A stretch of 64,000 bases of DNA from Hyphobacterium sp. (GTDB lineage: Bacteria > Pseudomonadota > Alphaproteobacteria > Caulobacterales > Maricaulaceae). Below the pieces are notes generated by a model. The model was not told where the DNA came from, made no database searches, and saw only the letters and a program-made list of their open reading frames with translations. The stretch is taken from assembly GCF_043584775.1 (NCBI RefSeq), contig NZ_CP121327.1, forward strand, positions 1,394,400-1,458,399, read 5' to 3'. Positions 1 to 9,912 of the stretch are shown in pieces. Numbering within the stretch: the first letter of the stretch is position 1; every line of letters begins with the position of its first letter. Position numbers and translations under genes: made by a program.

Positions 1-228
1 ATTGACTTCCACGGCGACGCCCTTGCCACCGACCACCGCGATGCTGACCAGACCTTCGGCCGCAACACGATCGGCTTTCTTGGCGGCTTTGGACAGGCCC
101 TTGGTGCGCAGCCAGTCGACTGCGGCGTCCATGTCGCCGTCATTTTCCGTCAATGCCTTCTTGGCATCCATCATGCCTGCGCCCGTCATGTCGCGCAGTT
201 CCTTGACGAGGGCTGCTGTAATAGCCAT
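1..228 (-). CDS. tsf: Elongation factor Ts, N-terminal 76 codons (gene runs off the left window edge)
   Basis: Reverse-strand ATG at 228-226. The translation [51 protein letters not shown]...[20 protein letters not shown] is the canonical EF-Ts N-terminus. It lies directly downstream of rpsB, as in the conserved rpsB-tsf operon. Confidence 0.9.
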   Translation of the reverse strand, partial: MAITAALVKELRDMTGAGMMDAKKALTENDGDMDAAVDWLRTKGLSKAAKKADRVAAEGLVSIAVVGGKGVAVEVN

Positions 229-268
229 CGATAATGCTCCTGATTTTCGTTCGACGTGAAAGCCGGGA

Positions 269-1141
269 TCAGCCTTCGGTCTTTTCTTCTTTTGCTTCGG
301 TAGCGGATTCGTCTGACGTTTCCGCGACAGTTTCAGCTGCCGGAGTGGCCTCGGCTTCCGGAGCCGCGGCTTCGTCCGCCGTTTCCGTCAGAACCGGTTC
401 GACAATCGGATTTTCCGCTGCGCCAAGGTCCACACCCAGATTGGACTGACCCTGCGTCATGCCATCGAGCGCTGCATCGGCAATCAGCTCGCAATAGAGC
501 GTGATGGCACGGGCCGCGTCATCATTGGCCGGGATCGGGAAATCGATCGGGTCCGGGTCGCAATTGCTGTCGACGATACCGATCACCGGAATGCCGAGTT
601 TCTTGGCTTCCAGAATGGCGATCGCTTCCTTGTTCGTGTCGACCACGAACATCAGGTCCGGCGTGCCACCCATTTCCTTGATGCCGCCGAGCGACAATTC
701 CAGCTTGTCGCGCTCGCGCGTCAGATTCAGAAGCTCTTTCTTGGTAAAGCCGGCCGATGCCTGCTCATCATCCAGAAGACCTTCCAGTTCGCGGAGACGT
801 GCGATTGAATTGGAAATCGTTGCCCAGTTGGTCAGCGTGCCGCCAAGCCAGCGATTATTCATGTAGTATTGCGCGCAACGCTGAGCGTTCTGCGCAATGA
901 TTTCAGACGCCTGACGCTTGGTACCGACAAACAGGATCCGGCCGCCTTTGGCCGCAACGTCGCGGACCTGAACCAGCGCCTGGTGCAGCAGCGGAACGGT
1001 CTGCGACAGGTCGATGATGTGGATGTTGGCGCGTTCGCCGAAGATGTAATCTTTCATCTTCGGGTTCCAGCGGTGGGTCTGGTGTCCAAAGTGTGCGCCA
1101 GCTTCAAGCAATTGACGCATGGAGAATTCAGGCAGTGCCAT
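269..1141 (-). CDS. rpsB: 30S ribosomal protein S2 with an acidic Ala/Glu/Thr-rich C-terminal tail
   Basis: 290-aa ORF starting [45 protein letters not shown], the S2 signature N-terminus. About the last 45 residues are low-complexity acidic sequence ([33 protein letters not shown]). Confidence 0.97.
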   Translation of the reverse strand: MALPEFSMRQLLEAGAHFGHQTHRWNPKMKDYIFGERANIHIIDLSQTVPLLHQALVQVRDVAAKGGRILFVGTKRQASEIIAQNAQRCAQYYMNNRWLGGTLTNWATISNSIARLRELEGLLDDEQASAGFTKKELLNLTRERDKLELSLGGIKEMGGTPDLMFVVDTNKEAIAILEAKKLGIPVIGIVDSNCDPDPIDFPIPANDDAARAITLYCELIADAALDGMTQGQSNLGVDLGAAENPIVEPVLTETADEAAAPEAEATPAAETVAETSDESATEAKEEKTEG

Positions 1142-1320
1142 TGATCATTTTCCTTTTCCGGTTGGCCTCCACGGAACGGAGTCACGATCAGCACCTTGCC
1201 AATCGCAACACCGGAGCGACGTCCCCAACTCGGTTCAGCCGAAGTCCCGTGTGCGTGATCAGGCGCGCATATAGGCGGGAAAGGCGCGTGGCGCAAGCCC
1301 GGCAGGGCAGATGATGCGTG

Positions 1321-4300
1321 CTAGATCAGCTCGACGCTTTCCACGCCCTTGACCCCGCGCAGCGCGGCCTGAACCGGAGGCGTGGTCGGCACCCGGCCCG
1401 GCAAGCGCAATTCCGCCTCACTGCCATCGGAAACCGAGAGAATAAGGTGGATCACCCCCTCGCCCTTGGCGCTGTCAGCCGCGCGATCCAGGCGGGCTTT
1501 CACGCTTTCCAGCGCGTCGACATTGAGGCGGACCTTCAAGCCTGCGGCAGCGGGCGCATCCTCAAGCGCTTCGATACTGTCGGCAAAAAAGCGCAATTGC
1601 TCTTCCTTGTCGTCAATACTGGCACTGATCATGACGGATGCACCGACTTCCAGCGCGTCGCGCGATGATTGCAACATGTCCGGATTGACCAGAACCTCGA
1701 ATTCGCCCGACGGATCGGAAAGCGTCAGCCAGGCAAAGCGTTTGCCGGTGCGTTGCGAGACCCGCTCCTGACGCCGGCGGACCACGCCGGCCATGCGAAT
1801 CGCAGACGCGCCATCGGCAACACTGTCGGGCGCATCGGCCACGAAGACCACGCCGCGGCGGGCGAGCATGTCGGCCTGATCATCCAGCGGGTGACCGGAC
1901 AGATAATAGCCAATTGCCGCCAATTCCTCGTCGAGCCGCTGCGTCGCCGTCCAGGGCGGCACATCCGGCAATTTCGGGCGGGCCAGCCCACCCGCATCCG
2001 GATCGGCCCCGCCAAAGAGGCTGACCTGAGCGGTATCACGTTCCTCCTGCGCCTTGTTGGCCATGGCGCACAGGGTTTCCGCCGCTGCAAAGGCGCGGGC
2101 ACGATCCGGTTCGATACTGTCGAACGCGCCGGCGCGGGCCAGATTTTCCAACGTCCGCTTGTTCAGGAGCTTGGGATCCACGCGTTCGGCAAAATCAAAC
2201 AAATCCTTGAACGGGCCGTTGGCCTTGCGTTCCTCTGCGAGGGCCTCCATCGCAGACAGGCTGACATTGCGGACCGCGCCGAGCGCATAGACGACCGCGC
2301 CATCTTTCACCGAGAAATCGGCCTCGGACAGGTTGATGTCCGGCGGCAGAATGGGCGTATCCATCCGGCGCGCTTCCTGAAAGAAGACGGCCAGTTTCTC
2401 GACATTGCTGCGATCGAGGCTCATCAAAGCTGCGAGGAATTCAACCGGGTGATTGGCCTTCAGATAGCCGGTCCGGTAGGCGATGGCGGCATAGGCCGCG
2501 ACCCATGGCCCGGCGCAACAGATCCGCTTCGCCAAGGGAATAACCAGACAATTCCTGCGCAATCTGCATCACCTGTTCCTGATAGATGATGACGCCATAG
2601 GTCTCATCCAGAACGGTCTTCAAATCCGGGTGAAGATAATCGACTTCGGCCCGGCCGAACTTCCGGTCGACATAGACATCGATATTCTTCATCGGCCCCG
2701 GACGATAAAGCGAGATCAGGGCGATCAGATCCTCGATCTTGTCCGGCTTCATCTTGGCGAGCGTGTCGCGCATGCCGGAGGATTCCATCTGGAAGACGCC
2801 GATCCCTGCCCCCGTCGACAAAAGCTCATAGACTTTCGGATCATCGAAGGAGGCATTTTCCAGATCGGGAATCTCGCCGCCCGCCTTTTCGATATAACCA
2901 AGCGCGCGCGCAATCACGGTCAGGGTTTTCAGGCCGAGAAAGTCGAATTTCACAAGGCCCGCCGGCTCTACCCATTTCATGTTGAACTGGGTCGCCGGAA
3001 TGTCGGACCGCGGATCGCGATAGAGCGGCACCAGCTCATCCAGGGGACGATCGCCGATCACGACACCAGCGGCGTGGGTGGAGGCATTGCGGTAAAGCCC
3101 TTCGAGCTTCAGCGCGATTTCCAGCAGGCGATCCACACCCGGCTCTTCCTCGCCAAAGGCGCGCAGGCGCGGTTCGATCTCGATGGCTTCGGCCAGGGTT
3201 ACCGGATTTGCGGGATTGGCCGGAACCAGTTTGGCAATCTTGTCGACCAGGCCGAGCGGCAATTGCAGCACCCGCCCGACATCGCGCACGACCGCGCGGG
3301 CCTGAAGCGTTCCGAAGGTGATGATCTGGGCGACGTGATCGGCGCCATAATGCTCCTGCACATAGCGGATGACTTCGCCGCGCCGCTCCTGACAGAAATC
3401 GACGTCGAAATCGGGCATGGAGACGCGTTCGGGGTTCAGAAACCGCTCGAACAGCAGACCAAAGCGCAAGGGATCAAGGTCGGTAATGGTCAGCGCCCAG
3501 GCCACGAGCGAGCCGGCCCCCGACCCCCGGCCCGGCCCTACCGGAATATCATGGTTCTTGGCCCATTTGATGAAATCGGACACGATCAGGAAGTAGCCGG
3601 GAAACCCCATGGAGCCGATGATTTCAAGCTCCAGCTTGAGCCGCGCCTCATAGTCCTCAACCGGAGCCGCCGGATCGACAACGTCCAGACGCGCCTTCAG
3701 GCCGGCCTCTGCCTGCGCCCGCAATTCCTCCAGCTCATCGCGCCCGGCTTCGGTCGGGAAGCTCGGCAGAATGGGATCATGGGTGCGCGGCCGGTAGGAA
3801 CAGCGCCGCGCAATCTCGATCGTGTTGGCAATGGCTTCGGGCAGATCCGAAAACCGGGCCCGCATTTCCTCGCCGGAGGCAAAGAAATGGTCCGGCGTCA
3901 CCCGGCGGCGATCCTCGACGGTGAGATACTGGCTTTCGGCAATGCATAGCAATGCATCGTGCGCGGAATGCATGTCCCGGTCCGGGAAGAAGCACTCATT
4001 GGTCGCCACGAGTGGCAAATCGCGGTCATAGGCCTGCTCCACCAGCCAGTTTTCCGCAATCAGCTCCTCGCGGCGGCCATGCCGCTGAAGCTCGACATAG
4101 AGGCGGTCGCCATAAGCCTCCTGCAATCGCAATAGCCATTTGCCGGCTTCGTCCCTGTGATCGTCCACGACCAGCCGATTGAGCACGCTGTCCGGCCCGC
4201 CGGTCAGCGCGATCAGGCCCTCTGTATGGGTAAACAGTTTTTCTGCGGTGATATGCGCCGGTTCGGTGGGACCAACTTCAAGGAAGGCCGCGCTCGTCAG

Positions 4301-4636
4301 TTTGAGGAGGTTGCGATACCCGGCCTCATTCGCCACGAGCAGCGCAATCGTGCCATCCGGCCGCGCGGCATCTCCGGGACGCGGCTCACCGAGGCGGATC
4401 GAAAGCGTGCAACCGGTAATGGGCTGAATGCCCGCCCCAGAGAGCACTTCTGAAAACTCGAGGGCGCCAAAAAGATTGTTGGTATCGGTGAGACCGATGG
4501 CGGGCATGTTGCCCGCCCCGGCCAGCGCCACCATTTTCTTGATCGGGATGGCGCCTTCAAGCACCGAATAGGGTGAGCGATTGCGGAGATGGACAAAGCC
4601 CTGCCCGGTGTCTCCTGATACGTCGCTCATGCTCAT
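1321..4636 (-). pseudogene. dnaE: DNA polymerase III alpha subunit, split into two overlapping reading frames by an internal deletion plus frameshift near 2497-2500
   Basis: The N-terminal ORF 4636->2441 has the PHP domain start [17 protein letters not shown] and reaches ...[28 protein letters not shown]. The C-terminal ORF 2562->1321 carries ...[29 protein letters not shown]... and the OB-fold region. The two conserved blocks abut in different frames, and the conserved segment normally between them (GYGFNKSH region) is absent. Confidence 0.85.
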
Positions 4637-4683
4637 TGCTCCTTCGGTCCCGACTCACTCCTAGCAGAGCCTGCCCGAAAAGG

Positions 4684-4776
4684 TCAGGCGAGGAGAATGG
4701 ATGTCCACATCAAAATCATCCAGCCAAAGCCCAGAATGGCAGCAGCAGAAGTTGCGTCAGCAAGAAGTCGTCTCAT
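4684..4776 (-). CDS. Candidate 30-aa hydrophobic small protein (not in ORF track)
   Basis: ATG at 4776 is preceded by GGAG with 6-nt spacing (reverse strand ...acGGAGctggttATG). Translation is MRRLLADATSAAAILGFGWMILMWTSILLA followed by a stop, giving one predicted TM helix. It lies in the lolD-dnaE intergenic region. No homology evidence is available to me. Confidence 0.25.
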   Translation of the reverse strand: MRRLLADATSAAAILGFGWMILMWTSILLA

Positions 4777-4866
4777 AACCAGCTCCGTTTCGTTCGTTCT
4801 GGTTATGTTCTTTCATGTTTTGTTCTCATTGCCAAGAAGTTTTTAGTTAACGTCGAAAAGCCGTGA

Positions 4867-5559
4867 CTAAACAGGCACCTGAAAGGAAACGAGCTTGCCG
4901 TTTTCGAGGGTCAGCACGCGGTCCATGCGTTCTGAAAGGCCGATATTGTGGGTGGCCACCAGCGCCGCTACGCCCTCGTCCCGCGCCGCCGACCGGAAGC
5001 TCTCGAACACGGCATCCGAGGTTTTCGGATCGAGATTGCCGGTGGGCTCGTCGGCCAGGATCAGCTTGGGATTATTGGCGAAAGCCCGCGCAATCGCGAC
5101 ACGCTGTTGTTCGCCACCGGAGAGTTCTGCCGGCCGGTGCGTCAGCCGTTCGCCGAGGCCTAGCGCGGTCAAAAGGCGCCGGGCTTCCGGCATGGCCTTA
5201 TGCCGTAATTCGCCATGGATCAGCCGCGGCAAGGCGACGTTCTCGAGCGCATCGAATTCCGGCAGCAGATGATGGAATTGATAAACGAAGCCCACATAAT
5301 TGCGGCGCAGACCCGTGCGGACATCATCATTGGCATTGACGGCATCCACGCCGGACAGGGTGACACTGCCCGCATCCGGTGGCTCCAGCAGACCCGCAAT
5401 GTGAAGCAGAGTGGATTTGCCCGAGCCTGACGGTCCGATCAGGCCGACAATCTCGCCCGGCTTGAGATCAAGATTGACCCCGCGCAGGACCTTCAGATCC
5501 TCGCCGCCCGACTGATAGGTGCGCTCGACATTGCGCAGGGAGAGCACGGCATCACTCAT
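4867..5559 (-). CDS. lolD: Lipoprotein-releasing system ATP-binding protein LolD (ABC ATPase)
   Basis: The start is taken at [53 protein letters not shown] (Walker A). LSGGEQQRVAIARA (ABC signature) and LILADEPTGNLD (Walker B) are present. The ATG at 5559 overlaps the stop of the upstream permease gene by 8 nt. Confidence 0.9.
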   Translation of the reverse strand: MSDAVLSLRNVERTYQSGGEDLKVLRGVNLDLKPGEIVGLIGPSGSGKSTLLHIAGLLEPPDAGSVTLSGVDAVNANDDVRTGLRRNYVGFVYQFHHLLPEFDALENVALPRLIHGELRHKAMPEARRLLTALGLGERLTHRPAELSGGEQQRVAIARAFANNPKLILADEPTGNLDPKTSDAVFESFRSAARDEGVAALVATHNIGLSERMDRVLTLENGKLVSFQVPV

Positions 5560-6859
5560 AGCGCAATGCCTCCACCGGATCGAGACGCGCGGCGCGCCAG
5601 GCCGGCGGGAAGGCCGCCAGCAAAGCCGAAAGCAGACCGAACAGGACCGCAAAGCTCACCTCACCCGGATCAATCCGAGCCGGCAGGCGCGTCAGGAAGT
5701 AGACTTCCGGGTTGAATGGATCGACACCGGTGACGAGCTGAATGAAGTTCTGGATATGCTCGATATTCAAAACGAACAGGAATCCCATCGCGGCGCCGGA
5801 TAAAGCGCCGACGGCACCGATCATCAGTCCGATGATCAGAAATACGCGCATCACGGAGCCGCGCGTTGCGCCCATGGTGCGCAGGATCGCAATGTCCCGT
5901 CCCTTATTCTTCACCAGCATGATCAGTCCGGTGATAATATTCAGCGCCGCGATCAGGATGACGACCGACAGGATCAGGCGCATGGCAAAACGTTCAACCT
6001 GAAGCGCCTGATAGAAGGCCAGGCTTTGATCGCGCCAGTCAAAGATCGATACGCCATTGCCGACCGCCTGACGCACGCGCACCATGGTGTCATTGATCTC
6101 GACCGGGTCTTCCACCCTCGCCTCGATGGTCAGCGGGCCGTCCTGGGCAAAGAACAAAAGGGCCTGCTCCAGCGGCATGAAGGTCACGACCTGATCGAAT
6201 TGATGAACGCCGACGGTGAAGACACCCGCCACCGTGTAGGCTTTGCGCCGGGGCACGGTTCCGAACGGTCCCGATGACCCATTCGGTGCCAGCAGCGTAA
6301 TCTCGTCACCCGGAACGACGCCCATGCGCGAGGCCAGTGCCCGTCCGATCAGGATATTGTCGCCGCCATTATTGCCCACGCCGAACGTATCGAAACGCCC
6401 GTCAATCAGGCCATAGCGTTGCTCTCCGCTGGGCGGGGAAGAAATCCGGGGGATATTGGCGATGTCGGACGGTTCAACGCCAACGACTTGTGCGCCTACG
6501 GTTTCACCATTGGCGGTAAACAGCGCCTGCCCTTCATAGCGCGGCCCGACATTCAAAATACCGGGAATGCGCTCCAGATCGCGCTGGATTTCGTCAATTT
6601 CCGGCTCGGTCAATCCGCGCACATCAACATAGACATGGCTCTGGGCCCCCAGGAGCTGGCTCAAGAGCTCGTAGCGAAAGCCATTCATGATGGAGAGCAC
6701 GATGATCAACGCCGCCACGCCCAGCATGATGCCGAGGAAGGAGATGATCGCGATCAGGGCGATTCCGCCCTCCTTGCGCCGGGCGCGCAGATAGCGCATG
6801 GCGATGACAAATTCGAACGGCGCAAAGGGCCGCGCGCCACCCAGCCGGGTCTCAGCCAT
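5552..6859 (-). CDS. LolC/LolE-family lipoprotein-release ABC permease (MacB-like FtsX fold)
   Basis: The N-terminus ...[41 protein letters not shown] is typical of LolC/E. There is a large periplasmic domain and a C-terminal FtsX-type 3-TM bundle ending [14 protein letters not shown]. The start is chosen at MAETRLGG (6859); an upstream ATG at 6895 is possible. Confidence 0.88.
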   Translation of the reverse strand: MAETRLGGARPFAPFEFVIAMRYLRARRKEGGIALIAIISFLGIMLGVAALIIVLSIMNGFRYELLSQLLGAQSHVYVDVRGLTEPEIDEIQRDLERIPGILNVGPRYEGQALFTANGETVGAQVVGVEPSDIANIPRISSPPSGEQRYGLIDGRFDTFGVGNNGGDNILIGRALASRMGVVPGDEITLLAPNGSSGPFGTVPRRKAYTVAGVFTVGVHQFDQVVTFMPLEQALLFFAQDGPLTIEARVEDPVEINDTMVRVRQAVGNGVSIFDWRDQSLAFYQALQVERFAMRLILSVVILIAALNIITGLIMLVKNKGRDIAILRTMGATRGSVMRVFLIIGLMIGAVGALSGAAMGFLFVLNIEHIQNFIQLVTGVDPFNPEVYFLTRLPARIDPGEVSFAVLFGLLSALLAAFPPAWRAARLDPVEALRYE

Positions 6860-8189
6860 TCGTGAATGATCCTTCCGCAAGCCGGTTGATGGCATCGTCC
6901 AGAGAGAGCTCGTGCTTTTCTCCGGTCCGACGCACCTTCACTTCTATCTTGCCCTCTTTCAGCCCCCGGGGGCCAATGACCAATTGGTAAGGCAGGCCGA
7001 TCAGATCCATGCGCGCAAACTTGGTCCCTGCCCGGTCCGCCGTATCGTCCAGCAGCGGTTCCCGGCCGGCTTTGGTCAGCGCGGCATAGGCCGTCTCACA
7101 CGCGGCGTTGATGTCGTCATCATCGGCCCGCATATTGATAATGCCGACGCCATAGGGTGCCACGCTGTCCGGCCAGATAATGCCGTCATCGTCATGGCTG
7201 GCCTCGATAATGCCGCCCATCAGACGCGACACCCCCACGCCATAGCTGCCCATATGCACCGGGCGTTCCTTGCCATCGGGATGTGCCACCACGGCTTTCA
7301 TCGGCTCGGAATACTTGGTGCCGAAATTGAAGATATGCCCCACTTCGATCCCGCGTGCCGAGAGGCGCTTGTCTGCCGGCACGTCGGCCTCGAAGCGCGC
7401 CGCGTCATGCATTTCCTCGGTCGCGGCATAAAGCGCGGTGCGCTGATCGACCAGCGGCTGGAGGTCGCCGTCGAAATCCACGTCCAGGCCCGGCGCACCC
7501 ATCTCGACGAGGTCGGCGTGACAGAAAACCTCGCTCTCGCCGGTTTCGGCCAGAATGATGAATTCATGGGAGAGATCACCGCCAATGGGGCCGGTATCGG
7601 CGCGCATCGGCACGGCCTTCAATCCCAGACGGGAGAAGGTGTTGAGATAGGCCACGAACATGCGGTTATAGGCCTTGCGGGCGCTGTCTTCGTCCAGATC
7701 GAAGGAATAGGCATCCTTCATCAGGAATTCGCGGCCGCGCATCACGCCGAAACGCGGGCGGATCTCGTCGCGGAACTTCCACTGGATATGATAGAGCAGC
7801 TTCGGCACGTCCTTGTAGGAGCGGCAATAGGCGCGGAAGATCTCGGTGATCATTTCCTCATTGGTCGGACCGTAAAGCAGATCGCGCTCATGGCGGTCGA
7901 CAATGCGCAACATTTCCTGGCCATAATCGTCATAGCGGCCGCTCTCGCGCCACAAATCAGCGGGCTGCAAGGTCGGCATCAGCATCTCGGCCGCCCCTGC
8001 CCGGTCCTGCTCCTCGCGGACAATCTGCTCGATCTTGCGCAAAACGCGATGACCCAGCGGCAGCCAGGCATAAATGCCGGCAGCCTCCTGACGGATCAGG
8101 CCCGCGCGCAGCATCAGCCGGTGGGAAACAATCTGGGCGTCCGAAGGCGTTTCCTTCAGAACGGGGATGAAATAACGGGAAAGGCGCAT
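6852..8189 (-). CDS. proS: Proline--tRNA ligase (short alphaproteobacterial type)
   Basis: The start is taken at [46 protein letters not shown]. Class II aaRS motifs are present ([25 protein letters not shown]). Length is about 445 aa. Confidence 0.95.
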   Translation of the reverse strand: MRLSRYFIPVLKETPSDAQIVSHRLMLRAGLIRQEAAGIYAWLPLGHRVLRKIEQIVREEQDRAGAAEMLMPTLQPADLWRESGRYDDYGQEMLRIVDRHERDLLYGPTNEEMITEIFRAYCRSYKDVPKLLYHIQWKFRDEIRPRFGVMRGREFLMKDAYSFDLDEDSARKAYNRMFVAYLNTFSRLGLKAVPMRADTGPIGGDLSHEFIILAETGESEVFCHADLVEMGAPGLDVDFDGDLQPLVDQRTALYAATEEMHDAARFEADVPADKRLSARGIEVGHIFNFGTKYSEPMKAVVAHPDGKERPVHMGSYGVGVSRLMGGIIEASHDDDGIIWPDSVAPYGVGIINMRADDDDINAACETAYAALTKAGREPLLDDTADRAGTKFARMDLIGLPYQLVIGPRGLKEGKIEVKVRRTGEKHELSLDDAINRLAEGSFTNG

Positions 8190-8331
8190 GGGTGGAGTTC
8201 CGCAAAGGTCTGAATTTCGACTCTGACGCTTAACCGGGCTTGGCGGACGGAGCAAGGCGGTTGCGCGTCATTGCAGGTAGCCGGGTGTTGCTTGAGCGCA
8301 AATTCTGGCATGCCATGCCAGAGGGGAAGAA

Positions 8332-9126
8332 ATGTCCGAATTTCCGCGCAATGATCTTGAAACGGCGATGCTGCAGGCGGCAGATGACCCTGTTGCCCGG
8401 CCTGATTTCTATGCGGCGCTGTTGCAAGCCAAAATCTACGTCATCGGGGATGTGAGCACGGACCTTCCCGAAGGCGAATTCCGGATATCCGAAGGCGATA
8501 CGATATCGCTCGCCAATTTCGAATTCGAGGATGGCCAGCCCTACATCCCCTTCTTCACGTCGCTTGATGCGCTGAATGAAGCCGTGTCCGGCGAGACGCC
8601 CTATCTGTCGATTGGCACGCGCGAATTGCTCGACTCCACGCGCGGCAATTTTCTGGTGCTCAATCCCGGTCAGGATATCGCCAAGGAATTCACGCCAGAG
8701 GAGATTACCCATCTTCTTGATGGCACGCCCATTTCCGGAACGGGTGAATACCGGCTGGACGATGATACCGAAGTCCAGATCGGCCAGCCGGCGGATGAGC
8801 CCGTTGAGTTGATTGATGCACTGACACGGCTTTTTGCGCGCCATGGAGCCGTCAAGCGCGCCTTTTATGCGCAAATGCTGGTCGAGACCCAGGACAAGCC
8901 GCTCAGCCTTGTCGTGGCTCTGGATGCCGACGGCAATATGGACCGGCTGATCCGCGAAATGCAGATGGTGATCCCCGATACCGCGCCGGAGGGCCTGCCG
9001 GTCGACGTTGTTCTGATGGGGCAAGCCGACAGCCTGGTGGATGAATACTTCCGGTCAGCCGAGATTGCGCCCTTCTATGAACGCAGCTGGGGCCAGCGCC
9101 TGCGAGGTTTTTTCGTACGCGGTTAG
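8332..9126 (+). CDS. SseB-family protein (function unknown)
   Basis: 264-aa ORF. The N-terminal pattern NDLETAMLQAADDPVARPDFYAALLQAKIYVIGD resembles the SseB N-terminal domain as I recall it. It is the only plus-strand gene in this core stretch. Good coding appearance. Confidence 0.55.
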   Translation: MSEFPRNDLETAMLQAADDPVARPDFYAALLQAKIYVIGDVSTDLPEGEFRISEGDTISLANFEFEDGQPYIPFFTSLDALNEAVSGETPYLSIGTRELLDSTRGNFLVLNPGQDIAKEFTPEEITHLLDGTPISGTGEYRLDDDTEVQIGQPADEPVELIDALTRLFARHGAVKRAFYAQMLVETQDKPLSLVVALDADGNMDRLIREMQMVIPDTAPEGLPVDVVLMGQADSLVDEYFRSAEIAPFYERSWGQRLRGFFVRG

Positions 9127-9488
9127 GCGTCCCAGGCGTGTTCGTCGGGAATGAAGGGGATGTCGTTCAGCGAGATCAGCTGGAATTCCAGAACCACAAA
9201 CAGCACCAGCCATATGATGGCGGCCGTGACGGTCGTGATCCACGCCTTGCTTTTGAAATTGGCCGCAACCGGCGCGCCGGCCTCGGTGCCGTCAATGATC
9301 TCGCCACTCTCGGCCTGTCCGGTGATACCGAATGGCAAGACGGCAAACAGCGCGATCCACCAGACAATGAGATAGACGACCAGACCAGTCACAAAATCCA
9401 TTCCCTCGCCCGGACGGATCAACTGAAACAGCCAGGCCAGAGCCGCAATGGCGACGACCGCAATCTGGGCCATTTTCAACGGTTTCAT
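9123..9488 (-). CDS. DUF1467-family small membrane protein
   Basis: The hydrophobic core VVYLIVWWIALFAVLPFG matches the DUF1467 pattern I recall. The position next to mce near the nuo operon is typical for alphaproteobacteria. The ATG at 9488 overlaps the mce stop (ATGA). An internal start at 9401 (MDFVTGL...) would give the more usual length of about 92 aa. Confidence 0.6.
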   Translation of the reverse strand: MKPLKMAQIAVVAIAALAWLFQLIRPGEGMDFVTGLVVYLIVWWIALFAVLPFGITGQAESGEIIDGTEAGAPVAANFKSKAWITTVTAAIIWLVLFVVLEFQLISLNDIPFIPDEHAWDA

Positions 9489-9901
9489 CGGGGCTCCTGC
9501 ATCAACTCAACCAGTACACCATGCGTATCCCTGGGGTGAACAAACACCACTGGCACACCATGAGCGCCGATATAGGGCTCTCCGGTGCCCAGAATAGTCG
9601 CGCCGCTGGCCTGCATGGCATCGCGGGCCGCGACGATGTCCGCCACTTCAAAACAAAGGTGATGCTGGCCGCCCTTCGGATTCTTTTCGAGGAATTTGTT
9701 GACCGGGCTTTCCGGACCAAGCGGCTCCAGCAATTCAAGCTCGGTATTGCCGGTATTCACAAAGCAGACCTTCACTCCCAATTGCGGGAAATCCTTGATG
9801 TCGGTCACATTGTCCAGCCCGTAGAGCGCGCCATAGGTGTCGCGTGTCGCGGTAATGTCCGGTGTCGCGATTCCGATGTGATTGAGACGTCCGACTTTCA
9901 T
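9485..9901 (-). CDS. mce: Methylmalonyl-CoA epimerase (VOC/glyoxalase fold)
   Basis: 138-aa ORF MKVGRLNHIGIATPDI...VCFVNTGNTELELLEPLG...GGQHHLCFEV...VVFVHPRDTHGVLVELMQ, the typical epimerase pattern. Confidence 0.85.
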   Translation of the reverse strand: MKVGRLNHIGIATPDITATRDTYGALYGLDNVTDIKDFPQLGVKVCFVNTGNTELELLEPLGPESPVNKFLEKNPKGGQHHLCFEVADIVAARDAMQASGATILGTGEPYIGAHGVPVVFVHPRDTHGVLVELMQEPR

Positions 9902-9912
9902 TTCATCTCTCC

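Noticed and set aside
1142-1320. The rpsB 5' leader as a possible S2-binding autoregulatory RNA structure.
   Set aside because: I could not identify a convincing conserved fold by eye, and the known rpsB leader motif is described mainly for gamma-proteobacteria. It is left unannotated.
2441-2562. The dnaE ORF overlap as a programmed ribosomal frameshift, or as two-subunit split genes.
   Set aside because: There is no slippery heptamer at the junction. A conserved block of about 45-50 residues that should lie between the two halves is missing. A deletion or misassembly fits better than recoding.
6912-8213. Long plus-strand ORFs antisense to core genes. Examples are 2630-3949, 6912-8213, 10084-11364, 16146-17288, 21101-22861, 24101-25504, 26621-27865, 54719-55564 and 61103-62137.
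   Set aside because: They lie opposite genes with unmistakable conserved products (dnaE, proS, rnj, nuoL, nuoG, nuoF, nuoD, pheA, tig). Their translations are Arg/Ala/Gly/His-rich with no motifs. These are the typical shadow ORFs of high-GC DNA.
8230-9024. 264-aa minus-strand ORF overlapping the SseB-like gene.
   Set aside because: Its translation is low-complexity and motif-free. The plus-strand frame has better coding appearance and an SseB-like N-terminus. Only one of the two can be real.
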